The position numbers and the translations under genes are program-made. This document shows positions 11,891-25,770 of a DNA stretch of 64,000 nucleotides, piece after piece. The notes beneath the pieces were generated by a model. That model was not told where the DNA came from. It worked only from the letters and a program-made list of their open reading frames with translations, and searched no databases. How positions within the stretch are numbered: position 1 is the first letter of the stretch; each line of letters starts with the position of its first letter. The stretch is from NCBI GenBank assembly GCA_965153285.1, contig OZ229114.1. One strand, given 5' to 3'. The stretch is from Podarcis tiliguerta (taxonomy: Eukaryota).

Positions 11891-12579
11891 TAAAGAAAAA
11901 CCAGGCTTAGGAGATGCTCGTGTCGTGTCTTGGAGAGAGAGCGGGGAGGGCGGACTTAACTGATGCGTCGGGGAGCAGATTTGCTAACCCTCCGGTTGAT
12001 GGAGGGAGGGAGGGAGATGCCTGGGCTCAAATCTGCTGGGAGAAACGCCCTAGCTCTGCCCGGGAAGCCTTGTCCCTGAGCTTTTTGGGGGGCCCCTAGT
12101 TTATGTGGGGTGAGGGGAATTCAGTTTGTGCTTGCTCATGGTTGCCTACAGCATGTATTTCTGGATTCAGCCCAGGCCTTGAAAAGAGATGCTGGGGAGA
12201 CCTGACAGGAGTCGAGCACTGGTCCTAACTGCAGGCCTTTCTCAATCCACCTTTGCTGGTGTGAGCCAGGAGGTGGCCTTGTGGCAGTGTTTCCTGCCTA
12301 CTAGTGTTCCTGTAGGGGTGTCCTTTTTATGCTCGGGTGGGGGCATGTATATGTGTGTGTGGCCAGGTAACACTTCTTCCGGCTTTAAAGGCCGGATGAC
12401 ATCTCCATATTGCTTAAAAACAGACAAAGGCTGCTGCTTCTGTACCTGGGCTGGTGACTGAAGGAGTGCTACTGTGTTTATCCTTATTTCAAACATACAA
12501 TGACTCATTATAAGCTTGTCCCGTCAGGGAAGGTAATATTGAGTGTCTTTCTTTGTTTTCTTATGTTTCAGACTTTGAA

Positions 12580-12680
12580 GCTCTCTGACCTTGGGCAAGT
12601 CATCACTTCTCAGCCCATTCTCTCCTACTGCTATTGTGAGGATAAAAGGCACAATGTTTGTAAAGCACTTTACAAATGGA
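12580..12680 (+). mobile_element. CORE/MIR-like SINE remnant
   Basis: tgaccttgggcaagtca...tctcagcc...ttgtgaggataaaa...tgtaaagcacttt. Confidence 0.55.
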
Positions 12681-14770
12681 AAATGATGTTGAACTAATAA
12701 TTAACAGTATTTAAATTTTTTCCAAATAGTTCACCATTCAGTCCATTTGAGAGAATTTCTGAAACTTGAGGATAACAACATTCGTGGTTACTTTTTCACA
12801 CACTCAAATTCTTGCCACAGTCTTCTTTTCAATGGTTTTGTATGACTAGCTCCTTTTTCCTTGTCCTTCTCTGCTGTCTTGTCCCTTCTGCTTCCTGACA
12901 GCTGGTATAAGGAGAGGGGTCAGACAGGCGTCAAACAATTCAATCTGTTTGGGAGAGACTGAGGCTGAATTCAGCTGACATGGCAATTCATGGGTTGTTT
13001 TTACATCTGAACCCATGTTTGCTAACTGACTTTGTGTTTTGGGATATAGGAACATTGTTTTAAACTGGTTTGCACTGGCAAGCTTGCCCCAGCTGTGGTT
13101 GCCATTAAGTATGAGTTCATAGTGCAACAGCCTCTTGAGACTGAGCAGCAGCCATAAATGTAGTTTGTTGATGATTTGTAGAGCTGGAAGTGAATTTTTG
13201 AAGATAAGTGCTAAACAGTAAATGAAAACAAATAAACAATTCTAAACCATGGTTTGCCAGTTTTACATTTGGAAGCACAAACTGGTGTGGGTTATTAATT
13301 ATAAACAAAACTGTTATGTTTGGATGTATGATAGGGTTGTAGAAGGCGGTATGATTTTATCTCTATTGCCGGTCTTAAAAGGGGAGAAACCTCTCTTTGG
13401 TAATCTGGTGAGCAGTCTCTCAGGTTTCTCACAGTGGATTGACATTCAGCTGTAACCTCTAAGGGCTCATCCATACAAAAGCTTCCTGCACTCCCATTTG
13501 GCGCTAGTACACAGTTGGAGTTGATTTCAACTTACTGAAACTAGAGAGGGCAGATTTTGTCCATATATAGAGAGTGTCTCTCTGTGTGTAATTGGATCTC
13601 CTCATTTGTCTGATGTATGTATTTTAAAAATTATTGTTGGATAAGTAAATGATTAGAAATTGTACAGGACTAACAGCCTGGTCCTCTGCAGAGTTAAGTA
13701 CACCAAAGCCTATTGAAATTGGTTGGATGGGTCGCTGACTCAGCATAGATTGGGTTATAGTTCTTTAAAGGGTTTCTGGTTCCTGAGATGAGAGTCTCCC
13801 TGGGTGTGGTCTGTGCAGCCAGGTTGGTATTTGAGCACTGTGTCACAAAGCAGTAATGATAATCATTGCACAACAGTTAAAAGCAATTACAAATACTAAA
13901 TTTAATTTAATGTCATGTTCAGAAGGTAACAGCATAGATAGATTTCTACTACTCACAAACAGTAGTTTCCTTAAGTTACATTATTAATAATACTGAGCTG
14001 GATTCAGCTAACTCCTGATCTGTTAGCAGGTCAGTGCAATGACTCCCACTAACGTAGCAGGACGTTAGTGCTGCTTCCCCAATTTACACTGGAGGTCTGG
14101 GAAAGCCCCCAAAACAACATGCAGTGGGAGAAGAGGGGAAGTTGTTCAGTTGGGCAAATAGAAATACTTGTGCTGACAGAACAATCTCCTTAACATTGTG
14201 TTGAATTCCATCCACTTTGTCTTAGTGGCAAGAAGGGTAGTTTTTTTCATTGTTACCCATAAGAAATGCTGTTAATGTTGCTGAGTATAGGTTTTGAAGT
14301 AGTAGTCTTCAAAACAATGTTAATCTTTAATATTTCTAGGAAAGTTAAGAATTATTTTAGAAGTGTTCTGATCCCTGCCGAAATCATTATGTCTCTTAGC
14401 ATAAGAGGGCATATCTCTTGTATTAGGGATATGGAAGTCTTTATTTGGTCCCTAGAAGTAAATGTTGTAGTTCAGATTGTTGTGCCTTTTCTTTAGAGGA
14501 TCAAACAGAAGAAGTTGCAGATGGAATCTGGGCTGTCTGTTGGCCTCTTTGAAGGCTAGCATCATTACTATCTTTCTAATGATTTGCAGTGTCATCTGGT
14601 GCCTAGCAGTTCTTGGCAAGTTCCATCATGAGATGAGCATTCACATTTTTCAGGATGTAGTACATTAATAACATTTGTAATTCTAGGCTGTAAAATTGTA
14701 ATAGCAATAGTAACAAAAAAATGAATGAAAGAAATGAAATTTAAAAAGAAAAAAGGGTTGTGTCACAAAG

Positions 14771-14886
14771 CAGCTTTTCTCAGCCTTGGCTCCCCAGATG
14801 TTGTTGGACCACTGGTCTTGCTAGCTGTGAATGATGGGAATTGTAGTCCAACAACATCTGGAGACCCAAGGTTGAGAAAGGTTGCT
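14771..14886. mobile_element. Short hAT-derived non-autonomous repeat; similar copies at ~34470-34610, ~47925-48050, ~48385-48520
   Basis: Palindromic ccagatgttgttggac...gtccaacaacatctgg core recurring in the window. Confidence 0.55.
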
Positions 14887-15899
14887 TTAAAGGCTGGTGC
14901 TAGGATTCAGTCTAGTACTTGGAATCTACTAAAAGAGAACATAATATGCAACCCAAACATTCATGAGGAACGCCATTCCCTTTCTCTCATCACCTTTTTT
15001 CAGGACAAGACAGCAACTGTTTGTTGTCTTTGAGCATTCCTTATGGTGTGGATGTTAGCTGTGCCAATGCATTATGTTCCCTATTGCCCACAATCCAGGT
15101 TTAGTTTCTTTGTGCTCAGTTTTGCTTCTGTGAATATGTTCAGGCAGCATGAGGAAAGCCATGCCTGTACAACTCTTGACAGGGTATTTTTGGGAGATGG
15201 GCAAAAGGTTCCTCACTATAAGTGTAAGGAATCTCTACAGATGGTGAGATCCTACTCTCCTTTGCTAGCTGGCCACAGTAGATATCCATATGGTTGAAAT
15301 CTACTTAAGAAATGTATCAATATATATTTTATCTGAGTACCACTGGCAAAGGGTGCTATTGATCTGATATTGAAGAGAAAACGAATGCAAATCAAGAAAT
15401 GCCAGGTGCTGTAAGAAATAATTTTGTCAATGGTAATGAGTTCTGCATTGCTTCAAATGATTCCTAATCGGGCAGGAATTAAGGCCCATGTGGTCCAAAG
15501 CAGTGTCAAATGTAGCACAAGACAGTCCTTGTAACCAGATCTTACAATATTGCCCAGGTGTGTCAATGAGCAACATAAATGAGAAGACGGAGACAATGTG
15601 TGATGATTTTAAAAGCTGTCCTATAACACCTTAAAAACTTTTTTTAAAAAACCCTGTTGACATAATACATTTGTAGCAAAAGTGAATGAGAAGTAACTGA
15701 TTCTGTCTGGAAGCTTACCTGCTTGATGGTTAGTGACTGAGTGTCTCAATTTTCTGAACATAATATGATAAACCTGTTCAGTTCAGGGTTACATTAGGAA
15801 AAATGCTAATAAAAAACATTACAAACCATTGGGTGCTTGGGTGTTGTTCTGATGAACCCTTCATATATATTTAAGTGCTTATGTATCTCCCAAATTTGA

Positions 15900-16560
15900 A
15901 ATATTAAAATACAAGACTGTCTTCAAAGGACATAGGAGAAACAATTCTGGGAAGAGGGTGTTTCAAGTCAGGGTGCTACCGTGAAAAATGCCCTGTTGTA
16001 TGTCCTGAGCTATTATTTTTAGTGGGGGCCACAAGCAGAACCCCTTGCTTTTTGTTGATTGAGTTGTCTTGTATCAAGGAGGTGCTCCAGCAGATATTTA
16101 GACTCCAAGTCATTAAGGCCTAGCAGCCCACAGGCAGCTATTACAATGGTTTTAAGAGCATTGTTCTATGCTCCCATCTTACTTTCCCAGTTAATAACCA
16201 AGCAGCAGCATTCTACACTTGCTATAGCTTCTGGACCATTTTCATGGTCAACCCCACTTAGAGTTGCAGTAATCCAAATATGAGGTCACCAGAGTATATT
16301 GCACTCATGCCAAACCATCAGTTCAGGAACAGCTTTAGCTGGTGAGTGAGCCACATCTGGAAATAGGTACTCCAAGGCCCCCTGAGCCTCCATTGACAAC
16401 ATGGGGTTAAGGTGTGCCCCAAAGCTACATACATGCCACTACAGGAGGAGTACTACCTCATCCAGAACAAGCTGTTTCACCAATTCCTGGAATTGAGCTG
16501 CCTGGCCACACTACCACCATCTTATCAGCATTCAGTCTATAAACTTAGGCAAACAAACAA
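15900..16560 (-). mobile_element. Old L2-clade LINE fragment
   Basis: Reverse complement near 16262-16290 encodes VTSYLDYCN (L2 ORF2 TSRLDYCN motif); boundaries approximate. Confidence 0.55.
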
Positions 16561-19415
16561 TGTACAAAAGTTAAGGGCTACTCTGCTCTTGTGAATGCCA
16601 GTGAAAGTTGTAAAATCACTTTCTCACAGGCTTATTGGTAGTTCCTGTATAATGGCGGGGGACAACTCCCAATGTCTATAAACATAGAGCATGATCCAAC
16701 TAAAGTTAAATGGATTTATGCCTGCTGCTGGAGGATTTCAGCAGTTGCCAGACTCTCCCATTTAAATTAATAGTATCTAAAGATGCTAAATATTGGCCAG
16801 ATTGATTTATCCAAAATGTTTAGTAGACAGTTGGTTCAGTTGTATTCAATAAACCTAACCTATTGAATTTGGTCAGTGAAGGTCTGGTTAATTCATATTT
16901 TTTAATAATTCCAATCTTACACTGCTAGATTTAGTATAAATTTATAAAGATTCCCTGCCTGGTCAACTGTTGTTCTTAATCACAGATGTTGACTGTTTTT
17001 GTTGATGTTCATTGGAGATCACCAGGCAAGTGGATGTTTACATGTGTCAAATTATAAGTGCTAGGATTCAGTAGTCCATTAAAAAAAGTGTTCTGTCTCT
17101 GGGTTGCATTCTAGGAAAGACTAATTGGGTTTAGCTAATGCTGGAACACTTTGCCCCATCTCATAATTAAACTTACTGTGCAGGCGTCAGCAGCAAACAA
17201 TATTGTAGTTATTGTACCTGACTTGATTACAGAATGCTGCAAATATTCTTTAGGTTTTTTGTGTGTTTCTCCTTAGCAAAGGATTGTGGAATAGCCAATA
17301 GACTTGTTTCCTATGTTCCATTGTAAAATGTGTATCAGTAACACACTGTAATATATTGATCTCAGAACTACACATGCCTCATAGCACAAAAATAATGATT
17401 CACAATCTATTCCCCCTCTATGTTCAAGTATGTTATCAGAGTGCTTTAACAATGGAAGCGCTACCACCCAAATAAGCACAAGAGAGAGTACATTAGTGAA
17501 GGATAGGGGTGTTAAAGCTTCACTTAATTATTGTTTGTTGCTTTGTATCAATCAAATTAAAAACAAACAGACATAAAACTTAGCCAGATTACATTTGTAT
17601 GGGACCAACTTCCCAGGCAATCATAATAGTGATTTTTAATTTAGATGGTTAATTTTGGTCAACAGCGTGTTTGGAATTATTTACACACCTGGTGGCTAAG
17701 GGTGAGTAAACATTCCATTCTGATAAGTTTGAAAGATCTCCAAGTGCTGGCTCTGGTATGGTGACTGCATCTTTCCTTCCCAAACTATATTGAGGTGCAC
17801 CCAGCATAGGTAACTGACTGTGGCAGGATGGAGAAAGAGTTACTGTCTTTCTGACTGGAAGAGGAGATGAATGAACCTTGGCTATATCAGTTTTTACAGT
17901 GTTAAATTGAAAATATGGCTTTTTCAAGTGACCTACATTTCTCATGAAGGAATGTAGGTCATAACTAGCTGGAAACTAGAGTACATACATTGGAGGCGAT
18001 TGATTTGACTGTTCAGTTGTTACTGTAAGCTATCTGTAAACCATAGCCTTCTTTAATATTTAGATTTTTAACGTATAATGGAATGCATAAAGCAATGCAT
18101 CAAGGTTATTGGATACCTATTATCTGCTTTGGTTATAAATGTTTTCCTGTGGCAGTTGATTTTTATACACTTGCTATAAGAGCTTATGATCAAAGCTGAT
18201 AAGGATTTATAGAGCTTTGGGTGACCCATTTCTTGTTCAAAAATTATTTACTAATCTAAGTGAAATGAAGTCAAAGGTAGCAAGTTACCAGTATAAGGAG
18301 TTTCTACTTATTAGATATGAAGGATAGCATTTAGCTGTTTCAGATGCAAAAAATGCTGGTAGTGCCTCAAGCATGGAGCAGCCCAAGCTACTTGCTAGGG
18401 CAGTTTTATTTTATTATACTTGATGTATGTGTAGTTTTGGTACACCCAGCAGTAATTATGTTACCATTCATAGTAAGCCCTGAGCTCTTGTGTACACAAA
18501 TAAAAAAGTGTAGAATTCAAAGTCCAAAAATGAAATTTTATGCATGCGTGTTAACAGGGTGGGTGCCACTACCGGTAAGGCCCTCCACAGTTTCAAGCCA
18601 TTTTCAATATATGGAATTAATACTTTACAAGAATATTGGTAGATTAGATCAGTGTTGCCACCTCATACATCATGTTCTGGGCTTGTATTCACAGGAATGC
18701 CTTTATTCTCTTTGAAATGGAACAGCTGATCCTGCACAATGTTTGGCTTCCGTTTAATGAAAGTGTTTCTATCTTTCCGCCTGTGCTCTCAACAGCTTAG
18801 ATATTGTGTGGATAAATTGTAACTGTTGCTGTGGAGTTCTTGGAAATACAAAATATAATCTTGAGATAACAGCTACATGCATCAGTGTGGACTCTTGAGC
18901 AGGTAGCAGTGCTTACTTGGTGACAACACTTGATATTAAAAGGTATTGAGGTGACATTTGGCAAGATTCCGTGGTCAATGATTTGTATTGGCAGCAGCCT
19001 ACAGGATGGCTTCTGAAGAAGTTGGATATATGATGCATTTTGATGAAACCTCCCATGTTTACTTCAGATTTATCCTTTGCCAACTTTATTATAACCATGA
19101 ACTAGTTCCTACATCTGTCTTCTCCCCTTTTTTAGCGTAACTGTGGTAAAATTGCATTTGGCAGTTTTACTTGGGTCTCTTTCTGAAATACTTGTTCCTG
19201 TGTAAGAAGATTCTATTCATTGTAAATGTATTTGAGTTGTTTCAGTAAACAGATAGTTGCTCCTTTAAGGATGTCAGATCAGATTTATATAATACACTGT
19301 GTATACACTCTATAATCAAGGTTGTGCAGTTAACATTTTCATCTTTTTCTCTTTCCTTTTCTTTCTAGAGTCAAGTAATGTTAAAGGACAATATCTCATG
19401 GAAGGACTATAGCTA

Positions 19416-20823
19416 ATGGAAGAGAAAAGTCATATCAGGACATCATTGGTTTCCAGGTTACCAAAGTATGGAACAAAACCTGCTGGAAATATGCTACAGA
19501 CCATCCCAAATGGGACAGCTGTTAATTTATCAGGGAATACTCGGAGCGTTGACAAAAGTTTTGGCAAGCACAATGGCACTATTCGTATGTCTTCCTTCTC
19601 TTTTAACTGGCGAAAATCAAATAAATACCAACTGGGTGATCAGGTCAGCAGTGAATCTGACTCTAGTCATAATTCCAATGAAAGGCTGACAGATTCTGAA
19701 AAGTGCCCTCAGTCTGAAGGAGCAGTTGGTAAAGAAGTGCTCAGGGTGGGTTCAAGCAACACCTTGTCAAAACTAGCTAAGCAAAACAGCATGTTTGTGT
19801 CACCTACCGAAGAATTAAACCAAAAGGCTTTGCCTGGGCTGTCTAGTTCTGCTAAGTACAGTAAAAGTTCCTTGTTAGGCAGAACTTCATATTCTGGACT
19901 TCATGCTCCAAAATCACACTTGAATGGAATTTGTGGGAACCGTTCAACTATAGGCTTGCAGAGGAATAGAGGTAATTCTACTGCCACCAGGAGCAGCTCA
20001 GGGGAGAGTCTGGCAAAATTGACTGACAATGATAAATCTTGTGAAAAAATGGTTAGGTCACAAAGCTTTTCACATTCCATTCAAAGCTCTATCTTGCCCC
20101 CTGCAACCCTAACTAGGTCACACTCTTTTAACAGAGCTGTGGATCTTACAAGGCCTTATCAAAACCAACACTTAACTATTAGAGCATCTCAGAGGTCAAA
20201 TCTATTGTCAAGAAGTGCACGGCAGTTGGATATGCCCAATGGCAATGAACCATTAAGATATGGGTTTTCTAGATCATATGCTGCTTTAGCTCCCCCTGGT
20301 TTGAAAAAACAACCACTATCCAATGGCTCTGGGGATGCACCTTCTCTCAGATTTAGAACAGCCCGTCCATCTTTATTGAAGCCTAGCAACCAACATTTGG
20401 GGAGAAAGATCCCTGTGGATGGCAGCACAAGTAAAGATACCGAAAACTGCACAGAGGAGGACTTGATCTCAACAAATATCAACGGAGGAGTTGATGCAAA
20501 AGGAATGCAAAACAGTGAAAGAACTGAAGATGGAGAAACTGTACATAATAATGTAGATAAAATTATTAGCATGGATGGTGATGTTGATGAAATATCTATA
20601 TCTTCCTTGTCCTCTTCTGAGAAAAATGATCTGAGTGAAGACTTTAGTGATGACTTCATAGATCTAGAAGATCCCAACCGACCAATAACAATTCAAGAAG
20701 AAGTGGTTTCTGTTCAAGAGCTGGAGCATGGCAATGGAATACCTCTAGATCAGATTTTGTCTCTTAAGAAAAGTGAAAGATCCAACTGTAATTCTGATGA
20801 ATGGCTGAATATACGTGTGTCTG
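19416..20823 (+). CDS. CCSER2: CCSER2 exon 2 coding part (exon starts ~19369); N-terminal SRLP motif and Ser-rich region
   Basis: 477-aa ORF MEEKSHIRTSLVSRLPKYGTK... Polypyrimidine tract with acceptor ttctag ending 19368; donor CTG|gtaaat after 20823 (phase 1). Confidence 0.97.
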
Positions 20824-21653
20824 GTAAATATGTTATGTTTTTTCTTTGAAAATGGGAACCTAAGCTCTTACAGTATTGCTGCTACTATTTTGTCACCTAA
20901 TAGTGTGCATTAAATTTTTTGGTTAGATTATAAATAACAAATATGTGAAGAAGTCTACCAATAGGTTTTATTGATTGTTCAAAATTTTATTAGTTTTTCT
21001 ATGTATGTTTAGTTTTAGAGGAAACAACAAGTTATTTATTGGACTTGGGTGCTCTGGAGGAAGTTTTACCCAGTGTGTTTTGTCCACAAACACATTATTA
21101 ACTAGTTCTATATACAGTGACACTAAGAAACTTGGCTCTATTACAAAACTATTTTTAATTGTCTTAATAGTACCACCAAGCAGCTAATTTGTACGTCTCC
21201 TCAAACAAGGTAACTATGAAGCTGTTCTACCATTGATTTCTGTTCATCTTCCTGGATTCTTAGTGCCATCATGCTAGTGGACAGTGTGCAGATGCAAATT
21301 CTGTGTTAAAATAATGTGCTTGATCTAGCCAAATTTGAGCATAGTTTAAGTCCTTTAATTTGATGGAAGAGTTAAAAGCAAGTGCCTAACTTGTACCTAC
21401 TGACGTCTATGGAGTTTATTAGTGCTTTAAACTGTGACATAGTACTCAGTACTTTTATAAGAAGCAGTTTAGGTGTGACAGTCTAACATTTGTGGCAGAA
21501 GAAACTATGGCAAGCTATCATTATTATTTATTTATTTGATTTATATACCACCCTTTATCAGTTATGTCTGTTCTGGAAGGGCATGTAAATTGCAAATTGT
21601 GAGAGTTTGTGTATAATGTTAACTTCTTGCTTTTGCTTTTATTTAAATAGTAG

Positions 21654-21853
21654 ATGACAAGAGTGAAAGTGCAAAACATCCTGCTGGGAGCAATGTGATT
21701 TCCTCTGACATGGACTACAGAGCTGGCTCTTCCTTTGAGCTTTCTCCATCTGATAGCTCCGATGGAACCTATATGTGGGATGAAGAAGGGTTAGAGCCCA
21801 TTGGAAGTGTCCATCCATGTGGAAGTTATGATTCTTCAGAAATGAATAGTATA
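21654..21853 (+). CDS. CCSER2: CCSER2 exon 3 (alternative start 21651 via TAGTAG acceptor)
   Basis: Encodes DDKSESAKHPAGSNVISSDMDYRAGSSFELSPSDSSDGTYMWDEEGLEPIGSVHPCGSYDSSEMNSI; donor ATA|gtaagt (phase 0). Confidence 0.93.
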
Positions 21854-23511
21854 GTAAGTATAACTTGTTTATTATTATTGGGATAGTATTCAAAAGCAGT
21901 TAACTTTCTGCAAGGCTCACAATAGCCTAGTTCACCTGCAACCTTAGATTATAGTCTTAAAACAAGACTGCTGCTCCCCTGTTCCTAGTTTGACATTATG
22001 CGCAACCTGAGCTTGTGCTGATTTGATAGATCTTGGTTTCTGCTCTTCGTTTGGGTTTGCACATGATGAACCAAGCTTTGGCTTGTTTAGTCTCCCAGTG
22101 ACACAAGGGGTAAAATGCTTGTGTTTATTTAAATAGAGTTTAACTTAAAGGGAGTATGGCATCCTTTGTAAATAGGCAACACACTTCTGATTCAGGTGAA
22201 ATGAGACCATTGCAATATTTTGTATTATGCTCAAATGCCAAGTCTTCCAATATCACATTTATCACAATTCCAATATCACAATTATATTTGAGGACAGTGA
22301 CTTTTTTCTTCTTCTGACTATCTGCTTTAAATCATGAAATGATGTAGAAACAAGTTCTTGTTTGCAATTTGATACAGTAAGCCTGCAACGTGTGCTTTTA
22401 ACAAATGTGCATTCAGATTTATGGGTGTGACAATTTAAAAAAAAAAAGATGGTTGGGGTTTCTGGAAAAATGACTTTGGTAATCCCACCCTCCATTGAAC
22501 CCAATGTTTTAACTACATGCAATTTTGCTGGAATTCAATTTTTAAAGTCATAACCAATTGAACAGTAGCATGTTAATTTAAAATCTGGAATTGTAGATTG
22601 GAAATAGTTGAAATCAGAGCTGCAGGTTTTCATTATTATTACTATATATTTATACCCCATCTTTTTCCCTGGTAGGCCTCAAGGTAGTTTAGTCACCTGA
22701 AGTATGTGCTCATAAATGTAGCAAAGTAATATATGATGCAGAGGATATTTTGTATTTTCATGAATGGTTGTCTGCATTTAACAAACTCTTCAACTAGTGT
22801 CCTCACTTATGTGAACATGAAACAGAAATAAAAGCTTTTGGTCAGAACAGGTATTGTACAATTATTTCCATTAAGAAACACTTGCCACAGTAGCAGTTGC
22901 TTCTGTTGTTGGGATAGGTAGAATCTGGTATTGGCTTTAGAATTGAGGAAGAATAAACTTTTAAAATAGCCCTTATTGCTGCAAGAATATGCTGAAATAT
23001 GTGTGGGCAATGCCAGCTGATATTTCAGAAGCTGAAGAAATGCTAAAATTTCCCATGCCTGGAGGTGGGTTTCATAGTCCGGAGAGCAGAATGGCTTTAC
23101 ATAATCCAGAAAATGTGCTTTTGTTCATTTTGGATAACTTACATAGGGTGCAGAATTTGGATTGCCTAGGTTGAGAATTGTAATTTAGTGAAAAAGTAAA
23201 TGCAACAATAGCTCTTCTAAAGCAGGGTTCTGAGATCCTGCTGTGAAAAATTTCACAACTTCCAATTGCTTCCTGCATTTGCTTTTTAGTGGTTATCTCC
23301 TTGCATTCTGTGGTTACAGCTGCTGCATAAGGCAGTGCTTGTTTCCTCTTACCACAGGAGAGCTACTAGCTGCAATTGAATGATCTGCTTGAAGTTGCAG
23401 ATGGGCAGTGTTGTAGCTGCCTTTGACTATTCATCAAAGAAAATATTTAAAACAAAACTGGCAATGATGATACCTGGTGAAAAGTGAAAAATATCTTGCA
23501 ACTTTAATATA

Positions 23512-23852
23512 CCATATTTTTTGCCCTATAGGATGCACTTTTCCCCCTCCAAAAATGAAGGGGAAATGTGTGTGCGTCCTATGAGGCGAATGCAGGCTTT
23601 CGCTGAAGCCTGGAGAGCGAGAGGGGTCAGTGCGCACAGACTCCTCTCGCTCTCCAGGCTTCAGGAAGCTATCCGCAAGCCTGGGGAGACTGGCGCGACT
23701 TCCCCAGGCTTGCGGATAGCAGTCTGTTCTGGGGCTTCCCCCGCCCCAGCCCTACGCCTGGGGAGGAAATAATTTTTTTTTCTTTATTCTCCCCCCCCCC
23801 CAAACTAGGTGCGCACTATGGGCCGGTGCGCCCCATGGGGCGAAAAATACAG
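23512..23852. mobile_element. Tc1/mariner (Tc2-like) MITE
   Basis: TA|CCATATTTTTTGCCC ... GGGCGAAAAATACAG|TA inverted ends with TA TSD; GC-rich palindromic interior. Confidence 0.8.
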
Positions 23853-24684
23853 TAATTCATTTCACTAAGCCACATTGTTAAACTCTGATTTAGATTTTTT
23901 CAGAGGGACAAATTCTGGATAAAGATCTTTCAAATATAATGATGTAGGGGGAAAATATTCTGTACTTGAAGACAGACAAAAAGAAATTAATTTTCTCTAT
24001 AACCCCCTCCCTGTCCTTCTTTTAGCAGTGCTTTCAATTTTTCTTTTCTAAGAGTCTAACTGTCTCCCAGTCTGTCTTGCTCCTGCTGCTGCTTTACTTA
24101 AAGAAATCTGAAATCATCTTTATATTTTTAGCACTATAAATATATGTGTAACCTGCTCTGAACTCTGAAGATCAGGCAGGAGAGAAATTCAGATAAATGT
24201 ACCTTCAAGATTTGTTTGATAGTCATTATGCCTAAAATATATATCACTTTGAAAGTATGTATTGAAATTCTCAAGTCTAGCAAGATTAGTTTGGTTTCCC
24301 AGGCAACTGGAGGTCTTTATTTGGCTAACCACAACTGCATTTCTGTAAGGCTGAGTAAAATTCCTAGAGCTCTTGTTCAGCTGAAACTCCCTCTTGTAGA
24401 GATCAAAGAGAATAAATCTATTGCTTAAGTATTTATCTCCTTCGAGAGTGTATCTTTTTCTTTTTGTGAAACCTGTAGATTTTTGTAGTAAAACCACAAT
24501 CACTGACTCTTGTTCATAGTATGAAATATAAATGGGTTTGGAAGGGGTTACAGTTTGAGTTGGAAGTTTCATGTAAGAAGCAATAGCCTATGTAATGTTA
24601 CCTGAAGCTGTGCTTAGTTGTCTGATGCTTGTAAATATCTGTAATCAAAATGTGTTAAACTGCATGAAAAAATGCAGGCATTTA

Positions 24685-25770
24685 ATCATAGATTTGGAAC
24701 AGATCATGGAGTTCATTTAGTCCAACCTCTTGCCTCGTGCAGGATCTTCAATACAGCTATTGCACCCCTGATAGATGGTTGTCCAGCCTTTGCCTAAATA
24801 TCTTCATTAAAGTAGAGCCCACCCCCTCCTGAGGTAGCTCTTACATTGTCAAACAGCTCTTACTGTTAGGAAGTTTCTCTAATGGTCCTGTTTACACTCT
24901 GGTGCTGCTTGCCACCTCTCCAAAGGCAACAGGTTGGCCACTAGGAGAACGAGATGCTGGAGTGGTGGGCCTTCCACCTGATCAAGCAAGGCTCTTTTTA
25001 CATTATTTAGCTGAAACCTGGTTTCCATTTCCACACCTTAGTTCTAGTCTTGTCCTAGAGAGTAACAGAGAGCTAGCCAGCTCTACCTTCTGCATGACAA
25101 CATCACCATCCTGTTTCTCTCCAGCTAAACATATCCAGCTGTTCCTCATGTGATTTAGTTTCTAGATTCTTCACCATCCTGGTCACATTCCTCTGGACAT
25201 GCTGCAGATTGTCAGTGTCCTACTTAAAAGGCAGTGTCCAGAGCTGAGCAAAGTACTTCAGATCTGGTCTGCTTAGCAGCGAATAGTGTGTGTTTCTGTC
25301 AATGCTGCCGGAGATTGCATTTAGTATTTTACTAACCTCTTTGAACTGCTAGTTCAGCTTTATCTTGTGACTAATTTAAACAAATATTTTCAAAGTACTG
25401 CTGTAAAGCTAGGTTTATTCCCTTCCTATATTTGTGTATTTGATTCTTGGTACCTAAATGCAGGATTTTATTTTTATCTCTGCTGAATTTTTATCATGTT
25501 GGTTTGGGTCCATTGTTCCAACCAAGATAAATGCAAGCTGCATATTTGATAAGCTTCCCCTCTACTTTGACCAAGTCATTTGTAAAAATGTTGAACAGCA
25601 TAGCGCCTAAGGCAGAGCCCTATGCCATTCCAATGAAAGCCTTCCTTGAGCTTGATAAAGTCATTAATGAGCACCCACTGGGTACAGTTGTTCAACCAGC
25701 TGTGGATCTACCCAAGACTTGTATCATGTAACCCATATTTTACCAGCTTGTCAACAAGGATATTGTGCAA
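24685..25770 (-). mobile_element. Degenerate CR1 LINE (3' ~1 kb), with a SINE-like insert at ~24885-25005
   Basis: Starts aatcataga (reverse of the CR1 tail); ctcttactgttaggaagttt and downstream sequence resemble the reverse of CR1 ORF2 and of the copy at 51665. Confidence 0.7.

Noticed and set aside
20189-20677. 162-aa antisense ORF inside exon 2 (likewise 56893..57216 in the last exon)
   Set aside because: A by-product of sense-strand codon usage; no independent promoter or splice evidence.
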